Source: Eledone cirrhosa (lineage: Eukaryota). From it: DNA of 64,000 nucleotides. Location of the stretch: the NCBI GenBank assembly GCA_964016885.1, contig OZ024741.1, positions 399,838,001 to 399,902,000 on the forward strand, in the 5' to 3' direction. The position numbers and the translations under genes are program-made. The notes beneath the pieces were generated by a model. The model was not told the origin of the DNA, did not search any database, and was given only the letters and a program-made list of their open reading frames with translations. Of this stretch, positions 1 through 13,300 are shown piece after piece (position 1 is the first letter of the stretch; every line of letters starts with the position of its first letter).

Positions 1-1994
1 GTCACTCGTGCATACCAGTCTTCCTTCTCCATGTCAATAATGTCATCGATGGGTTTTACATATACATGCACCTTTGATGAGTTGTAGTGCACCTGAGCAC
101 TGTACACAATAATTTCATTATTATTATTATTATATGATGTTGTGAAAGGCAAAGGCCGATACATCTTCATACCAGTGACGTCACAACACACTATATATAT
201 ACACTCTATACTCTATATATGATGTCCAAATGAAAGGTAATGACCAATACAGATTGGCACCAGTGACATCACAACTCATTTCTACAGCTAAGTGAATTGG
301 AGCAATGTAAAATAAAGTATTTTGTTGAAGGACACAACACATCACTTGGTCTAGGAATCAAACTCACAATCTCATGATAGTAAGCCTGATGCTCTAACCA
401 CTAATCCATGCAAGGTCTTAAATATTAAGTGCTTTATGTAAACCAATATGAAACTAAACATGATCAAGTGAATTGTGTATTGAACTGTATATCAGAATTT
501 ATATAATTCCTATTCTGACCCTGGTTCTGTAGTGTAGTTAGAGACTTAAGACATTAACTCCAGAATTGAGAGAACCCATGTACAAAACAGCACTAAGACT
601 TTATCACATTATAATGAAAGGCTTTTGAGTTCAAATCCCGCCGAGGTTAACTTTGTCTTTCATCCTTACGGGGTCATCAAAATAAAGTACCAGTAATGTA
701 CTGGGTAATTGCTGGCCTTGTGCCAAAAGTTGAAACAATTATAATGAAAGGCTTTATTTTATTCACTGAAAATGTTCATAACGATTTATTCACTAGTAAA
801 GATAGTATAGGCATTACATGATGTTAAGAGTTTATACTGTCAATTTTCATAATTATCTATCCACTAGTAAAGATACTATAAACATTTGAATTAGCAAATT
901 TGTTAGATATATTTTGCTAAATCGTTACAGGATGTTAAGAGTTGAAGGTATGGGACTGAGCCCAGTAGACGTCCCACCTCCTTTTCCCCCTGCGTATGGG
1001 ATGCCATCCAGTGCAGCCTGGCCTTGGAATGGCTCTTCCAGAGCATCTCTCTTACCATCCTGTCCACCGGGGCTGTGGGGAGGCCAGCACGTGGGACCCC
1101 ATTTGTTCACCATACGGATTAATAGGCAAAGTGTTATGAGTTAAGGAGTTAAATTTGTATTGAATGTGGAATCAATTCAAACTCAGTTATGTGCCTTGAC
1201 TATGTACCTTCTTCAGTTTTTTTCAATTTATGTTACACATTCTGAGTTACACATTATGTCAGATCAGGCTTCTGCCTGCTACTGGTACCATGTAATGCAG
1301 TACAACCTGCTTCATGGTCAAGTGGTCAGTGACTAAACTGGCTCCCCCACCAGACCATAGTCTGGTCAGGTCAGGCTTCTGTAGTACAACCTGCTTCATG
1401 ATCGAGTGAATAATAATAATAATAATGAAATTATTGTGTACAGTGCTCAGGTGCACTACAACTCATCAACGGTGCATCTAGTTTCTTCTCAAGTGTTTGT
1501 CAAGTACCATATATCTGATCCATACAACAACACTGACTCATCAGTCATTTGAAAATATTTTCATTTCAGATTTTGACACTGATAACTCTCTTGGTAAAAC
1601 AGATTTAGACAAAACACTGGAATGTTTAACTCCAAAGGAATTAACAGAGAAAGAAAGAGAAATGTAAATAAAGTAAAATAAATGTTTAATGATCAATGAG
1701 TGTTTTAACCCTTTTGTTACCATATTTCTAATAAAATAACTTGCCTAAGATCTTCAAATAATTTTGAAAACAATAAACATTTGAAAACATTTAGTAATAC
1801 AACTTTCTCAATATCTAAAGTCGGTCCCCAGCCCTAGTGTACACTACACAAAAATGTAATAGTAATGTAGTAATGTAATTTAATGTCAGGATCTTATATG
1901 AAATTATGTTGAAAGATTTTAATTTAAATTGGAAACGTTAAAAATGAATGATTTTGGCTGGGTTAGTAACTAAAGGTTTCTTCTTTTTCTTCTT

Positions 1995-2390
1995 TAACCA
2001 CCTATTCCTGAGAGAGTCGTGGGGGCAGAGTTCTCAAACACTCCTCCCAGTGGGTCTTGTCAGAAGCAACCATATCCAAATGATCCAGCTAGATCCCCAA
2101 GCATGACCAGCCAAGCCCATGGCCGCTATCCAACTATCTTGCTTGAGGTCTACCCCCAGGTCTCCTGCTGGTTGGTTTTGCCCATAAATCTGTCCAGTGA
2201 TTCTTTCCTGAGACACACTAAGCACATACCCATAGTGTCAGAGTTATGATCTCTCAGTTCAGAGACGTAGCAGCTCTACCTGGAGTGACTTCAACGATTC
2301 TTTCCTGAGACATTCTAACCACATTCCTATAGTATCGGAGCTGTGATCTCTGAATTGGGAGAAGTAGTGGCTCTACCTGAAGTGATGCCC
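1995..2390 (-). mobile_element. Old RTE-like 3' fragment; related copies at 23230-23515 and 26338-26520
   Basis: Three dispersed homologous copies; the related copies read ..QLDQLEMVASDRT and ..KVASDRTCWKECL, RTE C-terminus-like. Confidence 0.55.
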
Positions 2391-2610
2391 TGATCACCAA
2401 GCTACATACTCTATCAAGTAAGATTACTCCAAAGATTCTTCAGAGGAACCCCATTTCAGCTGCTTGTAATTACAATCGTATTCTTTCAGTCATTACCTAA
2501 GATTCCTAACCATTTGTAAGGGTTAAAAATTAAAATTAAAATTAGATACTGTTACAACAAAAACTGATCTGTGAAACACAACAAATATATCTGGAATAAA
2601 ATATACTTAC

Positions 2611-2978
2611 AACTTCTTTTCCAGCATACAAGTTTTCATCACCAAATGATATATTCACTTGTTCTATAAGTATAGCGCTATATTGGATTTTGACCCAAGT
2701 AACGTCTTCCTTGGAAGTTAATTCAATGAAATGAAGTTTGTTGGCTTTCTCAATAATCCAAGACTTATTGTTAGAAAAGGCATTTGCTGCATCTTCAGAA
2801 GAAGCTTTCAATACAAAATTTTCTCCAAAGTTTTTTATAGATATTAGTTCTTCAATACAATTACTATCTGGACACAAACTTTTTTCAAAAATACATTCTC
2901 TTGGACAATCTGGATCGGTGAAATTACCACCTTCTATTGTACAGTTTACGAAATAAGGAACATTTGGAGTTGTGCTTA
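2611..2978 (-). CDS. Exon 17; Cys-rich linker plus probable second, divergent discoidin-like domain; gene continues beyond the window start
   Basis: ttcag/gtaagt; ISTTPNVPYFVNCTIEGGNFTDPDCPREC...ASSEDAANAFSNNKSW...AGKEV; 368 nt, phase 1 to 0. Confidence 0.85.
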
Positions 2979-3284
2979 CTGAAGAAATAAGAAAAATAAA
3001 CACATGGAATTAGAACAGTGATAAGTGGAGAGAGGAAAATTTGAATAGTTAAGAGGGGGGGGGGGGGGCAATTGTAATATTTAGGGAGAGATTTGAATAT
3101 TTAAGAGGGCAATTTGAATATTTAAGCAGGGGAGCAATTTGAAAATGATGTTAAGGAGACCAAACTTCAGGTTTTGCCTTATTACTTTTACACCAAGGCA
3201 ACTTTGGTACACTTTACTGTTATTAGGTATAGTGAGTAACTGAAAGGAAATGGTTTGATCAATTGTTAGACTTCTATTACAGAT

Positions 3285-4045
3285 ATATCTTGTCTGGTGC
3301 TGAGACTGTATTAACCTTATCTTATCTGGTGTTGAGCCCGTATTAAACTTATATTGTCTGGTGTTGAGCCTATATTAAACTTATTTTATCTGGTGTTGAG
3401 CCTATATTAAACTTATCTACTCTGGTTTTGAGCCTATATTAAACTTATCTTGCCTGGTGTTGAGCCCATATTAAACTTATCTTGTCTGGTGTTGAGACTG
3501 TATTAAACTTATCTTGTCTGGTGTTGAGCCTATATTAAACTTATCTTATCAGGTGTTGAGTCTGTATTAAACTTATCTTATCAGGTGTTGAGCCTGTATT
3601 AAATTTATCTTATCTGGTGTTGAGCCCGTATTAAACTTATCTTGTCTGGTGTTGAGCCTATATTAAACTTATCTTATCTGGTGTTGAGTCTGTATTAAAT
3701 TTATCTTATCTGGTGTTGAGCCTGTATTAAACTTATCTTGTCTGGTGTTGATTCTATATTAAATTTATATTGTCTAGTGTTGAGTCTGTATTAAATTTAT
3801 CTTATCTGGTGTTGAGCCCATATTAAACTTATCTTGTCTGGTGTTGAGCATATATTAAACTTATCTTGTCTGGTGTTGAGCATATATTAAACTTATCTTG
3901 TCTGGTGTTGAGCCTATATTAAACTTATCTTGTTTGGTGTTGAGACTGTATGAAAGAGTTATATTGTCTGGTGTTGAGCCTATATTAAACTTATCTTGTT
4001 TGGTGTTGAGACTGTATGAAAGAGTTATATTGTCTGGTGTTTGCA
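3285..4045. repeat. 32-bp minisatellite (~23 copies)
   Basis: tattaaacttatcttgtctggtgttgagccta. Confidence 0.95.
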
Positions 4046-4162
4046 CCTATCCCTACTAAACCAATAATACTTGCTATAGAAAGTACTAAATGTACACACA
4101 TAAAGATCTATTGCAGATAACAATAGAATATAGTAAAACTACTAATCTTTAACAAAACTTAC

Positions 4163-4220
4163 TTGTTTGTACACATTCACAACACCTGTCTTCTTTCTCG
4201 AACAGATTTAAATAATATCC
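4163..4220 (-). CDS. Exon 16; VWC end (CCEC)
   Basis: ttcag/gtaagt; GYYLNLFEKEDRCCECVQT; 58 nt, phase 0 to 1. Confidence 0.87.
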
Positions 4221-4759
4221 CTGAAAGATATTTGTTAAATTCACATTTTAAACTTAAAAGAATTATCATGAAAGTTAATGAAGAGATGAAAGGATTACTA
4301 AAATAATACCAATGAAAACTTGAATCAAATATAAAATAGAAACAACAATTAAATATATTTAAATTCTTTTTGAAATTAGAATTTTTTTTTAATACATAAA
4401 ATGTTATTCTAATTCAATAATATAATGTTTATTTTGGTTTACAAAAGAAACAAATCAATAAAAAGAAAATAGAGTTGGATAGAAAAGAAAGAAAAAGAAT
4501 GAATGAATAAAAGAAAAACAAATGAAAGAAAATATGTTAAAAATAGCGGGAGATGTCCACAGAGAATGCTGTTCTTTTTCTGTAAAGATTTTTTAGACAA
4601 GTGCAGACACTCACATCATTAGCATGGATACTAGCAAGGCAGGTCAAGAGTTTAGATGGGAGTGGCGAAGAGGGGAATACACCAAATCATACCAATTTTC
4701 AGGTAATTTGTTATGATGAGTCTAGAAACATGTGACTGATAAAATGACAAGTCAATCAA

Positions 4760-5055
4760 TCATATTGGTGGTCTCCCCACAGCCCCGGCGGACATAATGG
4801 AGAAGGCGTTTCCCCGGTGGACGGCAAAGGAGACGTGCTGGAAAAGCCATTCCAACTCGCGGGGCTCACACCTGCGGCTGGCCAGCTCAGCACCTATGGT
4901 GGTGAGTAGGGAGGTAGCCCTAGGGCCGAGGATACCAGAAGTCTCCACTGCGACCGGTACTTGGAGAGTTTGGCCTCCTCAGCCCGATGTGCAGCAGAAC
5001 CTGGGTTAGTCACAGACTGCACCAGGTTGCAGCTGCAGAAAGTGTTGGTGCAAGG
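4760..5055 (-). mobile_element. CRE-like RLE fragment
   Basis: VETSGILGPRATSLLTTIGAELASRRCEPRELEWLFQHVSFAVHRGNAFSI, homologous to 39700-39900. Confidence 0.8.
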
Positions 5056-5195
5056 CTAAGACACTGGAAAAGTCAAGCTCAATCACGAGCACTTGTCAAC
5101 CATCTACATGTGAGTAGAAAGTTTGATTTGCAATTGTGAGCTTCAAAATAAAACGAACGGTTAATCATTCATTTAGTTTTGAGCCATTTTCATTT

Positions 5196-5235
5196 CACAT
5201 TTGAAAAAAGGGTTATAGCCCTGAAATATCATGTG
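5196..5235 (+). ncRNA. Minimal hammerhead ribozyme, U3-A8 core variant
   Basis: CACAT-TTGAAAA-a-AGGG ttatag CCCT-GAAA-TAT-C-ATGTG: stems I and II pair, stem III is the palindrome ATAT, AUC triplet. Confidence 0.65.
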
Positions 5236-5457
5236 GGAATATTCTGGGTAAAACATTACTTTGTTTTGTTTTATTTGTCATCCTTTACCCTTTATATATT
5301 TCTACCACATTGTACTGACTTTCTGAATCTTGTCAGTCATATATTACATATCTCACAATGGTTCTTTGTATTAACTATACTACAGTATTTATATATATAT
5401 ATATATATATAATATGGAAAATGAAGAATCAGTGATGCATCGGAACACAAATTTATT

Positions 5458-5550
5458 ACGTATTACAAATGTTTCTCCGGCGAACAGGTCGAGGTGCGAT
5501 CTGTTTGTGGATCAAACCTGACTCTGGATTCGCAACTTCCTCAGATACGT
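5458..5550 (-). ncRNA. Hammerhead-like motif with extended stem II
   Basis: Minus strand ACGTAT-CTGAGGA-[GCGAA..CAGGT..ACCTG..TTCGC]-GAAACATTTGT-A-ATACGT; perfect 6-bp stem I, GUA triplet; base of stem II imperfect. Confidence 0.6.
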
Positions 5551-5570
5551 CTAGTGATTTCGAAGCATGC

Positions 5571-5602
<32 letters not shown>

Positions 5603-5796
5603 AAATGCATAACTGACACCATGATATTACAAATAAAAAGAGAAAAAAGAAAGAAAAAGGAAAGAAAAAAAGAAAAAAACACACTAGCAGGTAATATACA
5701 CATCTAGGGCAGAACAAAAGGCAGGTGAAAGGGGTGAACAAATGAACCTTTACCAGAACAAAAATAAAGATATCGGTAATTAAATGTTGTACTCAC

Positions 5797-5895
5797 TGGG
5801 GGACATGTTGTAAAAGGACAGGTTTTCTTGCAGACAGCATCCTGTGATTTACATTCGCAACTTAAACAGTCATTTACTTGCCATGTATCACCATC
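5797..5895 (-). CDS. Exon 15; VWC-like first half
   Basis: ttcag/gtgagt; DGDTWQVNDCLSCECKSQDAVCKKTCPFTTCPP; 99 nt, phase 0 to 0. Confidence 0.9.
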
Positions 5896-6587
5896 CTGAA
5901 GAGGTAATTGTGAAAAGATTACTGTTTACATAATTGTTACTTAGAAAGAGATACAAACATAAGATTAATATATTTACATATTAATACTTAGAAAGATAAA
6001 AAATACATTTACATATTCATGCTTATGTCAGGACAGGCTTCTGCCTGCTACTGGTATTATGTAACCCAGTACAAATTGCTTTGTGGTCAGCAGCCACTGA
6101 ATCAACCCCCCTACCATCCCTGGTCTGGTGAGGTCAGGCTTCTGCCTGCTACTGGTACCATGTAACCCAGTACAACCTGCAGGGTTGTTAACAGGGAAGA
6201 TAGACATTAAATGATGATGATGATATAACAGATTATATGAGCAATTTAACTGCATTAGGCTAATTTTCTAACCAGGAGAAAATTTCTTTTTCAACTGTAC
6301 TCCTTGAATATGGAGCTAAACACACTCTCTCATAAATCCTTCTAGTAGATTCCAATCCAATCCAGGACCTTCTCACTCCTATTGGAGAAACCCCTTCCTG
6401 GTACACCTCCATTGCTTTCTGTTTAGTTTTGGTCTTATCTTCAGGGGTGTAGCTGTACTCACCATGCTTGGCCAATTTAGGGTTGGTGAAGTTATTTAAT
6501 CCATAGTTGGGGTGGATGGCCACTGACTCTGAGGAGTTCATTCATCCTTTTTTTTGTGTGCTGATGGGGTTCCACTTACCCTCCTAA

Positions 6588-7335
6588 CCATACCAGGGTC
6601 TGGTGGGGGAGCCAGTTTAGTCACTGACCACTCAACAATGAAGCAGGTTGTACTGGGTTACATGGTACTAGTAGCAGGTAGAAGCCTGATCTGACCATAC
6701 CAGGGTCTGGTGGGGGAGCTGGTTTAGTCACTGACCACTCAACAATGAAGCAGGTTGTACTGGGTTACATGGTACTAGTAGCAGGTAGAAGCCTGATCTG
6801 ACTATACCAGGGTCTGGTGGGGGAGCTGGTTTAGTCACTGACCACTCAACAATGAAGCAGGTTGTACTGGTTTACATGGTACTAGTAGCAGGTAGAAGCC
6901 TGATCTTACCATACCAGGGTCTGGTGGGGGAGCTGGTTTAGTCACTGACCACTCAACAATGAAGCAGGTTGTACTGGGTTACATGGTACTAGTAGCAGGT
7001 AGAAGCCTGATCTGACTATACCAGGGTCTGGTGGGGGAGCTGGTTTAGTCACTGACCACTCAACAATGAAGCAGGTTGTACTGGGTTACATGGTACTAGT
7101 AGCAGGTAGAAGCCTGATCTGACCATACCAGGGTCTGGTGGGGGAGCTGGTTTAGTCACTGACCACTTGACCATGAAACAGGTTGTACTGGGTTACATGG
7201 TACCAGTAGCAGGTAGAAGCCTGATCTGACCATACCAGGGTCTGGTGGGGGAGCTGGTTTAGTCACTGACCACTTGACCATGAAGCAGGTTGTACTGGTT
7301 ACATGGTACCAGTAGCAGGTAGAAGCCTGACCTGA
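6588..7335. repeat. 107-bp tandem array (~7 copies)
   Basis: caatgaagcagg recurs every 107 bp; inverted related copies at 1257-1400 and 6028-6182. Confidence 0.93.
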
Positions 7336-7376
7336 TGGAATATTACAAAACAAAGATATAAACACAATTAACTTAC

Positions 7377-7567
7377 ATTGTGAATAGTTCCATTGAACAG
7401 ACATTTGCAGTCTTCTTCATCAGACCCATCGACACAATCAACAATTCTGTTACAACGATGACTGTGAGGTAAACATTTACTACAGTCATCACATGGGAAC
7501 GATCCAGGAAGGCATTGGCAACGATTAACTGTGGAGGATACGGGAGTTGTTGGAAGAGTTGTGGTTT
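7377..7567 (-). CDS. Exon 14; PTS linker plus canonical LDL-receptor class A repeat
   Basis: tttcag/gtaagt; KTTTLPTTPVSSTVNRCQCLPGSFPCDDCSKCLPHSHRCNRIVDCVDGSDEEDCKCLFNGTIHN (DC.DGSDE motif); 191 nt, phase 1 to 0. Confidence 0.93.
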
Positions 7568-8240
7568 CTGAAAACAATGAAATAACAGTAAGTAGAAAAC
7601 ATTCATTTTTGACAAGACATAAAACCTCAATACTTTTAAAGGTGAAGAAATAGGGTATTGTAGTTTTGGAAATTGAATAAGAAGCTTCCCTCAGACTTTT
7701 GACTACAGGAAATATTCAAATAACAAGGCATATAAGCCTCCAGAATGGAAAAAAAAAAAAGCATTTATTTCAGTTCTGGGGGCTTAATGTCTTGTTAGAC
7801 TATTTTCTGTTGTCAAATGAATAGCAAAAGCTTCTAATTCAATTTTCAAATTTCATTCATTGCCAACTTCTAAACACATAATATTATAGTGTTAATATAC
7901 ACCTGTAGGTAAATATGATAGGTTTATATATAATGGTTTCCGATTTCAGCACAAGGCCAACAATTTGTGAAGAGGGGTAAGTTGATTAAACTGACTCTAG
8001 TGCATTACTGGTACTTTATTTTATCAACCCCATCAGGATTAAAGGCAAAGCTAACCTCAGCGGGATTTGAACTCAGAACATAAAGAGCCTGAACTATATA
8101 CCACAAAGCATGTTGTTCGATGCTCTACCAATAACTGTCAATCCAGTGCCCTATAAATGTTTATATATAATAAACATATATTCTTGTTATATGTTTTAAG
8201 CTGTGATAATGTCACAACTATTCCAGTAACAGTCTGAGAA

Positions 8241-8461
8241 TGTCAGACACATGTGTTTCAGAATACTTTATCTATCATCAGTTTTGTGAAATCACTGGGT
8301 ACTGAGAGAGGGATAAGCTGTAGCTTATACTTTTTACATATAAAACATCTACTGGGGACACTCATTTGCATATATGTGTGAGCTTGACTGGGATTAATTA
8401 ACAGTATTACTAACATAGTGTCACTGATAGATATAAAATCTTGAAACACTAGTGTCTAGCA
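8241..8461. ncRNA. Divergent pair of decayed hammerhead motifs (8241-8281 minus, 8419-8461 plus)
   Basis: CTGATGA-tAGA..TCT-GAAACACATGTGTC-TGACA and TGTCA-CTGATAGAT..ATCTT-GAAACACTAGTGTC; both have a palindromic stem III and a GUC triplet. Confidence 0.55.
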
Positions 8462-9350
8462 TTCTCCCATGGAGCCTCAGATAGCTGGACATGATCACAG
8501 TTTAAAATTTACCTCTAATAATTGTTTCTACTTTTGGCACAAGGCCAGCAATTATCCCAGTGTATTACTGATACTTTATGTTATCGACCCCTTAAGGATG
8601 AAAGGCAAAGTTAACCTCGGTGGGATTTGAACTCAGACCATAAAGGGCCGTAACTCTTTGCTACAAAGCATGGCGTCCAACCCTCTACCGATACTGCCAA
8701 TCCACCACCCTCATGCAAATTAGAATAATGATAATGATAATACTGTTTTCCTCTTTTGTAAGGTTTCTCTAGCAACCAGTTGCTAGGTGAAGTGTGTTGA
8801 CCTCAGTCCCTGATCTCAAAGGCTCAATACATCACAGTGCTAGTGATGGTATAAATTTAGGCACTGCCTATGAAGTTGGGGATCCCAAAGCTTTTGATGA
8901 AAGGTGTAAGACATTTAGGGGCCGTGATTCTCACAACTTCTATCTCTACATGATGAATAATAATAATAATTGTTTCTACTTTTGGTATAATGGCAGCAAC
9001 TCTAAAGAAGTTATCATATCCTTGTGGATATATATATATCATCATCATCATCATTTTAATATCTGCATTTCTTGCTAGAAAGGGTTGGACAGATCTAGAC
9101 AGACCGAGTCAGTACTGAAGTGGAGCTACTGATCTCCCAGCAGACTAGAGATCTGCATCTCACTTACATACAGTTTCACTTTCTACCAAGTGCACAGTGG
9201 AGGCAGTTATGTCCTTCAAACAACTGAAGGGTACTTTCAACCCTTTGTATGGCAAGATTTCTATGGCTATATACCCTTCCTATCACCAACCACTTTACAC
9301 CATGTACTGGGTACATTTAATCATTTATAAACATATATCCATATATATGT

Positions 9351-9690
9351 GGAGGCACATGGCTTCGTGGTTAGAGCATTGGCCTTGCAATTGAAAGGTT
9401 GTGAGTTCAATTCTCAGGCCGGGTGATGTGTTGTTTCCTTGAGCAAGACACTTTATTTCACATTGCTCCAGTTTACTCAGCTGTAGAAATGAGATGATAG
9501 GGACTAGAGTCCATATCATTCCACTGCAAAGTGGTCGTGGAGGTGCCACGGCAAAAAAGCACCCAGCACTCACTGTAAATGAGGTTGGTGTTAGGAAGGG
9601 CATCCAGCTGTAGAAATCAAGCCAGAATCAGTTCCCATCCCACCCTTGCAAGCAGGGAAAAGCGGACGTAAAATGAAATGAAATGAAAAT
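9351..9690 (+). mobile_element. tRNA-derived SINE with an RTE-type tail
   Basis: A box TGGCTT(C/A)GTGG, B box GAGTTCAATTC, tail gcaagcagggaaaagcggacgtaaaa; partial inverted copy at 9775-9938. Confidence 0.88.
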
Positions 9691-10055
9691 GTGTGTGACA
9701 GCTCACACCTATGCAGGTTTAGCTGGCCTCCTCAAAGATATATCTCGTTGGAGGTGTCTTGGGTGATTTAATGGTAGGGACCCCAGTCCTATCATCTCAT
9801 TTCTACAGCTGAGTAAACTGGAGCAATGTGAAATAAAGTGTCTTGCTCAAGTTAACAACACATCACCCGGTCTGAGAATTGAACTCACAACCTTTCGATT
9901 GCAAGCCCAATGCTCTAACCACTAAGCCATGCGCCTTCATATCTATATATATACACACGCCTGATTGCCAAACACTTCCTTTTTTTTAAATCCATGCTCC
10001 ACCATATTTTAAAACAAATATTTATGTTCATAATGAAATCAGGAATATAACTTAC

Positions 10056-10104
10056 TTGGAACACATGAACAACATCCATCGTGGTGAATAATCAGTTCAA
10101 AACC
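10056..10104 (-). CDS. Exon 13; VWC end (CCSC)
   Basis: cttag/gtaagt; GFELIIHHDGCCSCVP; 49 nt, phase 0 to 1. Confidence 0.85.
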
Positions 10105-10332
10105 CTAAGGGAGGAAACAGAAAAAAAAACATGCTTTGGTGTAAACAAAATTAAATGAGAAACTTCAGTAAATAAAGTCAAAATATCCTGTAGATCAGTG
10201 ATTCCCAAAGTGAGGCACGCCTTTCCCTAAAGGAGGAAAATTTGAAAATTTAAAGGAGAGGGGGTGGGGTAATTTGAAAAATTATGTTAATGAGAACAAA
10301 CTTCCGGTTTTATTTTATTACTTTTACAGCAA

Positions 10333-13300
10333 GGTAATTTTGGTACACATTATTGTCATAAACTCTTGCCTCACCTCCACCACATGTTATTGTACATCTG
10401 GTACCATCTATATGGTACACATTATTGTCAGAAACTCTTGTCTCACTTCCACTACATGTTATTGTACATCTGGCACCACCTATATGGTACACATTACTGT
10501 CAGAAACTCCTGTCTTACCTCCACTACATGTTATTGTACATCTGGCACCACCTATATGGTACACATTATTGTCAGAAACTCTTGTCTCACCTCCACCACA
10601 TGTTATTGTACATCTGGCACCTCCTATAAGGTAGACATTACTGTTAGAAACTCCTGTCTCAACTCCACCGCATGTTATTGTACATCTGGCATCTCCTATA
10701 TGGTACACATTACTATCAGAAACTCCTGTCTCACCTCCACTACATGTTATTGTACATCTGGCACCACCTATATGGTACACATTATTGTCAGAAACTCTTG
10801 TCTCACCTCCACCACATGTTATTGTACATTTGGCATCTCCTATATGGTACACATTACTGTCAGAAACTCCTGTCTCACCTCCACCACATGTTATTGTACA
10901 TCTGGCATCTCCTATATGGTACACATTACTGTCAGAAACTCCTGTCTCACCTCCACCACATGTTATTGTACATCTGGCATCACCTATATGGTACACATTA
11001 CTGTCAGAAACTCCTGTCTTACCTCCACTACATGTTATTGTACATCTGGCACCACCTATATGGTACACATTATTGTCAGAAACTCCTGTCTCACCTCCAC
11101 TACATATTATTGTACATCTGGCACCACCTATATGGTACACATTACTATCAGAAGCTCCTGTCTCACCTCCACTACATGTTATTGTACATCTGGCACCACC
11201 TATATGGTACACATTAATGTCAGACACTCCTGTCTCACCTCCACTACATGTTATTGTACATCTGGCACCACCTATATGGTACACATTACTGTCAGAAACT
11301 CCTGTCTCACCTCCACCACATGTTATTGTACATCTGGCACCACCTATATGGTACACATTATTGTCAGAAACTCCTGTCTCACCTCCACCACATGTTATTG
11401 TACATCTGGCACCACCTATATGGTACACATTACTGTCAGAAACTCCTGTCTCACCTCCACCACATGTTATTGTACATCTGGCACCACCTATATGGTACAC
11501 ATTATTGTCAGAAACTCCTGTCTTACCTCCACTACATGTTATTGTACATCTGGCACCACCTATATGGTACACATTACTATCAGAAACTCCTGTCTCACCT
11601 CCACTACATGTTATTGTACATCTGGCACCACCTATATGGTACACATTACTGTCAGAAACTCCTGTCTCACCTCCACCACATGTTATTGTACATCTGGCAC
11701 CACCTATATGGTACACCTTATTGTCAGAAACTCCTGTCTCACCTCCACCACATGTTATTGTACATCTGGCACCACCTATATGGTACACATTACTGTCAGA
11801 AACTCCTGTCTCACCTCCACCACATGTTATTGTACATCTGGCACCACCTATATGGTACACATTATTGTCAGAAACTCCTGTCTTACCTCCACTACATGTT
11901 ATTGTACATCTGGCACCACCTATATGGTACACATTACTATCAGAAACTCCTGTCTCACCTCCACTACATGTTATTGTACATCTGGCACCACCTATATGGT
12001 ACACATTATTGTCAGAAACTCTTGTCTCACCTCCACCACATGTTATTGTACATCTGGCATCTCCTATATGGTACACATTACTGTCAGAAACTCCTGTCTC
12101 ACCTCCACCACATGTTATTGTACATCTGGCATCTCCTATATGGTACACATTACTGTCAGAAACTCCTGTCTCACCTCCACCACATGTTATTGTACATCTG
12201 GCATCACCTATATGGTACACATTACTGTCAGAAAATCCTATCTTACCTCCACTACATGTTATTGTACATCTGGCACCACCTATATGGTACACATTATTGT
12301 CAGAAACTCCTGTCTCACCTCCACTACATATTATTGTACATCTGGCACCACCTATATGGTACACATTACTATCAGAAGCTCCTGTCTCACCTCCACTACA
12401 TGTTATTGTACATCTGGCACCACCTATATGGTACACATTACTGTCAGAAACTCCTGTCTCACCTCCACTACATGTTATTGTACATCTGGCACCACCTATA
12501 TGGTACACATTACTGTCAGAAACTCCTGTCTCACCTCCACCACATGTTATTGTACATCTGGCACCACCTATATGGTACACATTATTGTCAGAAACTCCTG
12601 TCTCACCTCCACCACATGTTATTGTACATCTGGCACCACCTATATGGTACACATTACTGTCAGAAACTCCTGTCTCACCTCCACCACATGTTATTGTACA
12701 TCTGGCACCAACTATATGGTACACATTATTGTCAGAAACTCCTGTCTTACCTCCACTACATGTTATTGTACATCTGGCACCACCTATATGGTACACATTA
12801 CTATCAGAAACTCCTGTCTCACCTCCACTACATGTTATTGTACATCTGGCACCACCTATATGGTACACATTATTGTCAGAAACTCCTGTCTCACCTCCAC
12901 CACATGTTATTGTACATCTGGCACCACCTATATGGTACACATTACTGTCAGAAACTCCTGTCTCACCTCCACCACATGTTATTGTACATCTGGCACCACC
13001 TATATGGTACACATTATTGTCAGAAACTCCTGTCTTACCTCCACTACATGTTATTGTACATCTGGCACCACCTATATGGTACACATTACTATCAGAAACT
13101 CCTGTCTCACCTCCACTACATGTTATTGTACATCTGGCACCACCTATATGGTACACATTACTGTCAGAAACTCCTGTCTCACCTCCACCACATGTTATTG
13201 TACATCTGGCACCACCTATATGGTACACATTACTGTCAGAAACTCCTGTCTCACCTCCACCACATGTTATTGTACATCTGGCACCACCTATATGGTACAC

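Noticed and set aside
914-1144. Short GC-richer ORFs on both strands
   Set aside because: No recognisable motif and no splice sites continuing the host gene frame; probably a repeat fragment.
9351-9425. tRNA gene
   Set aside because: A and B boxes belong to a multi-copy SINE head; no complete cloverleaf.
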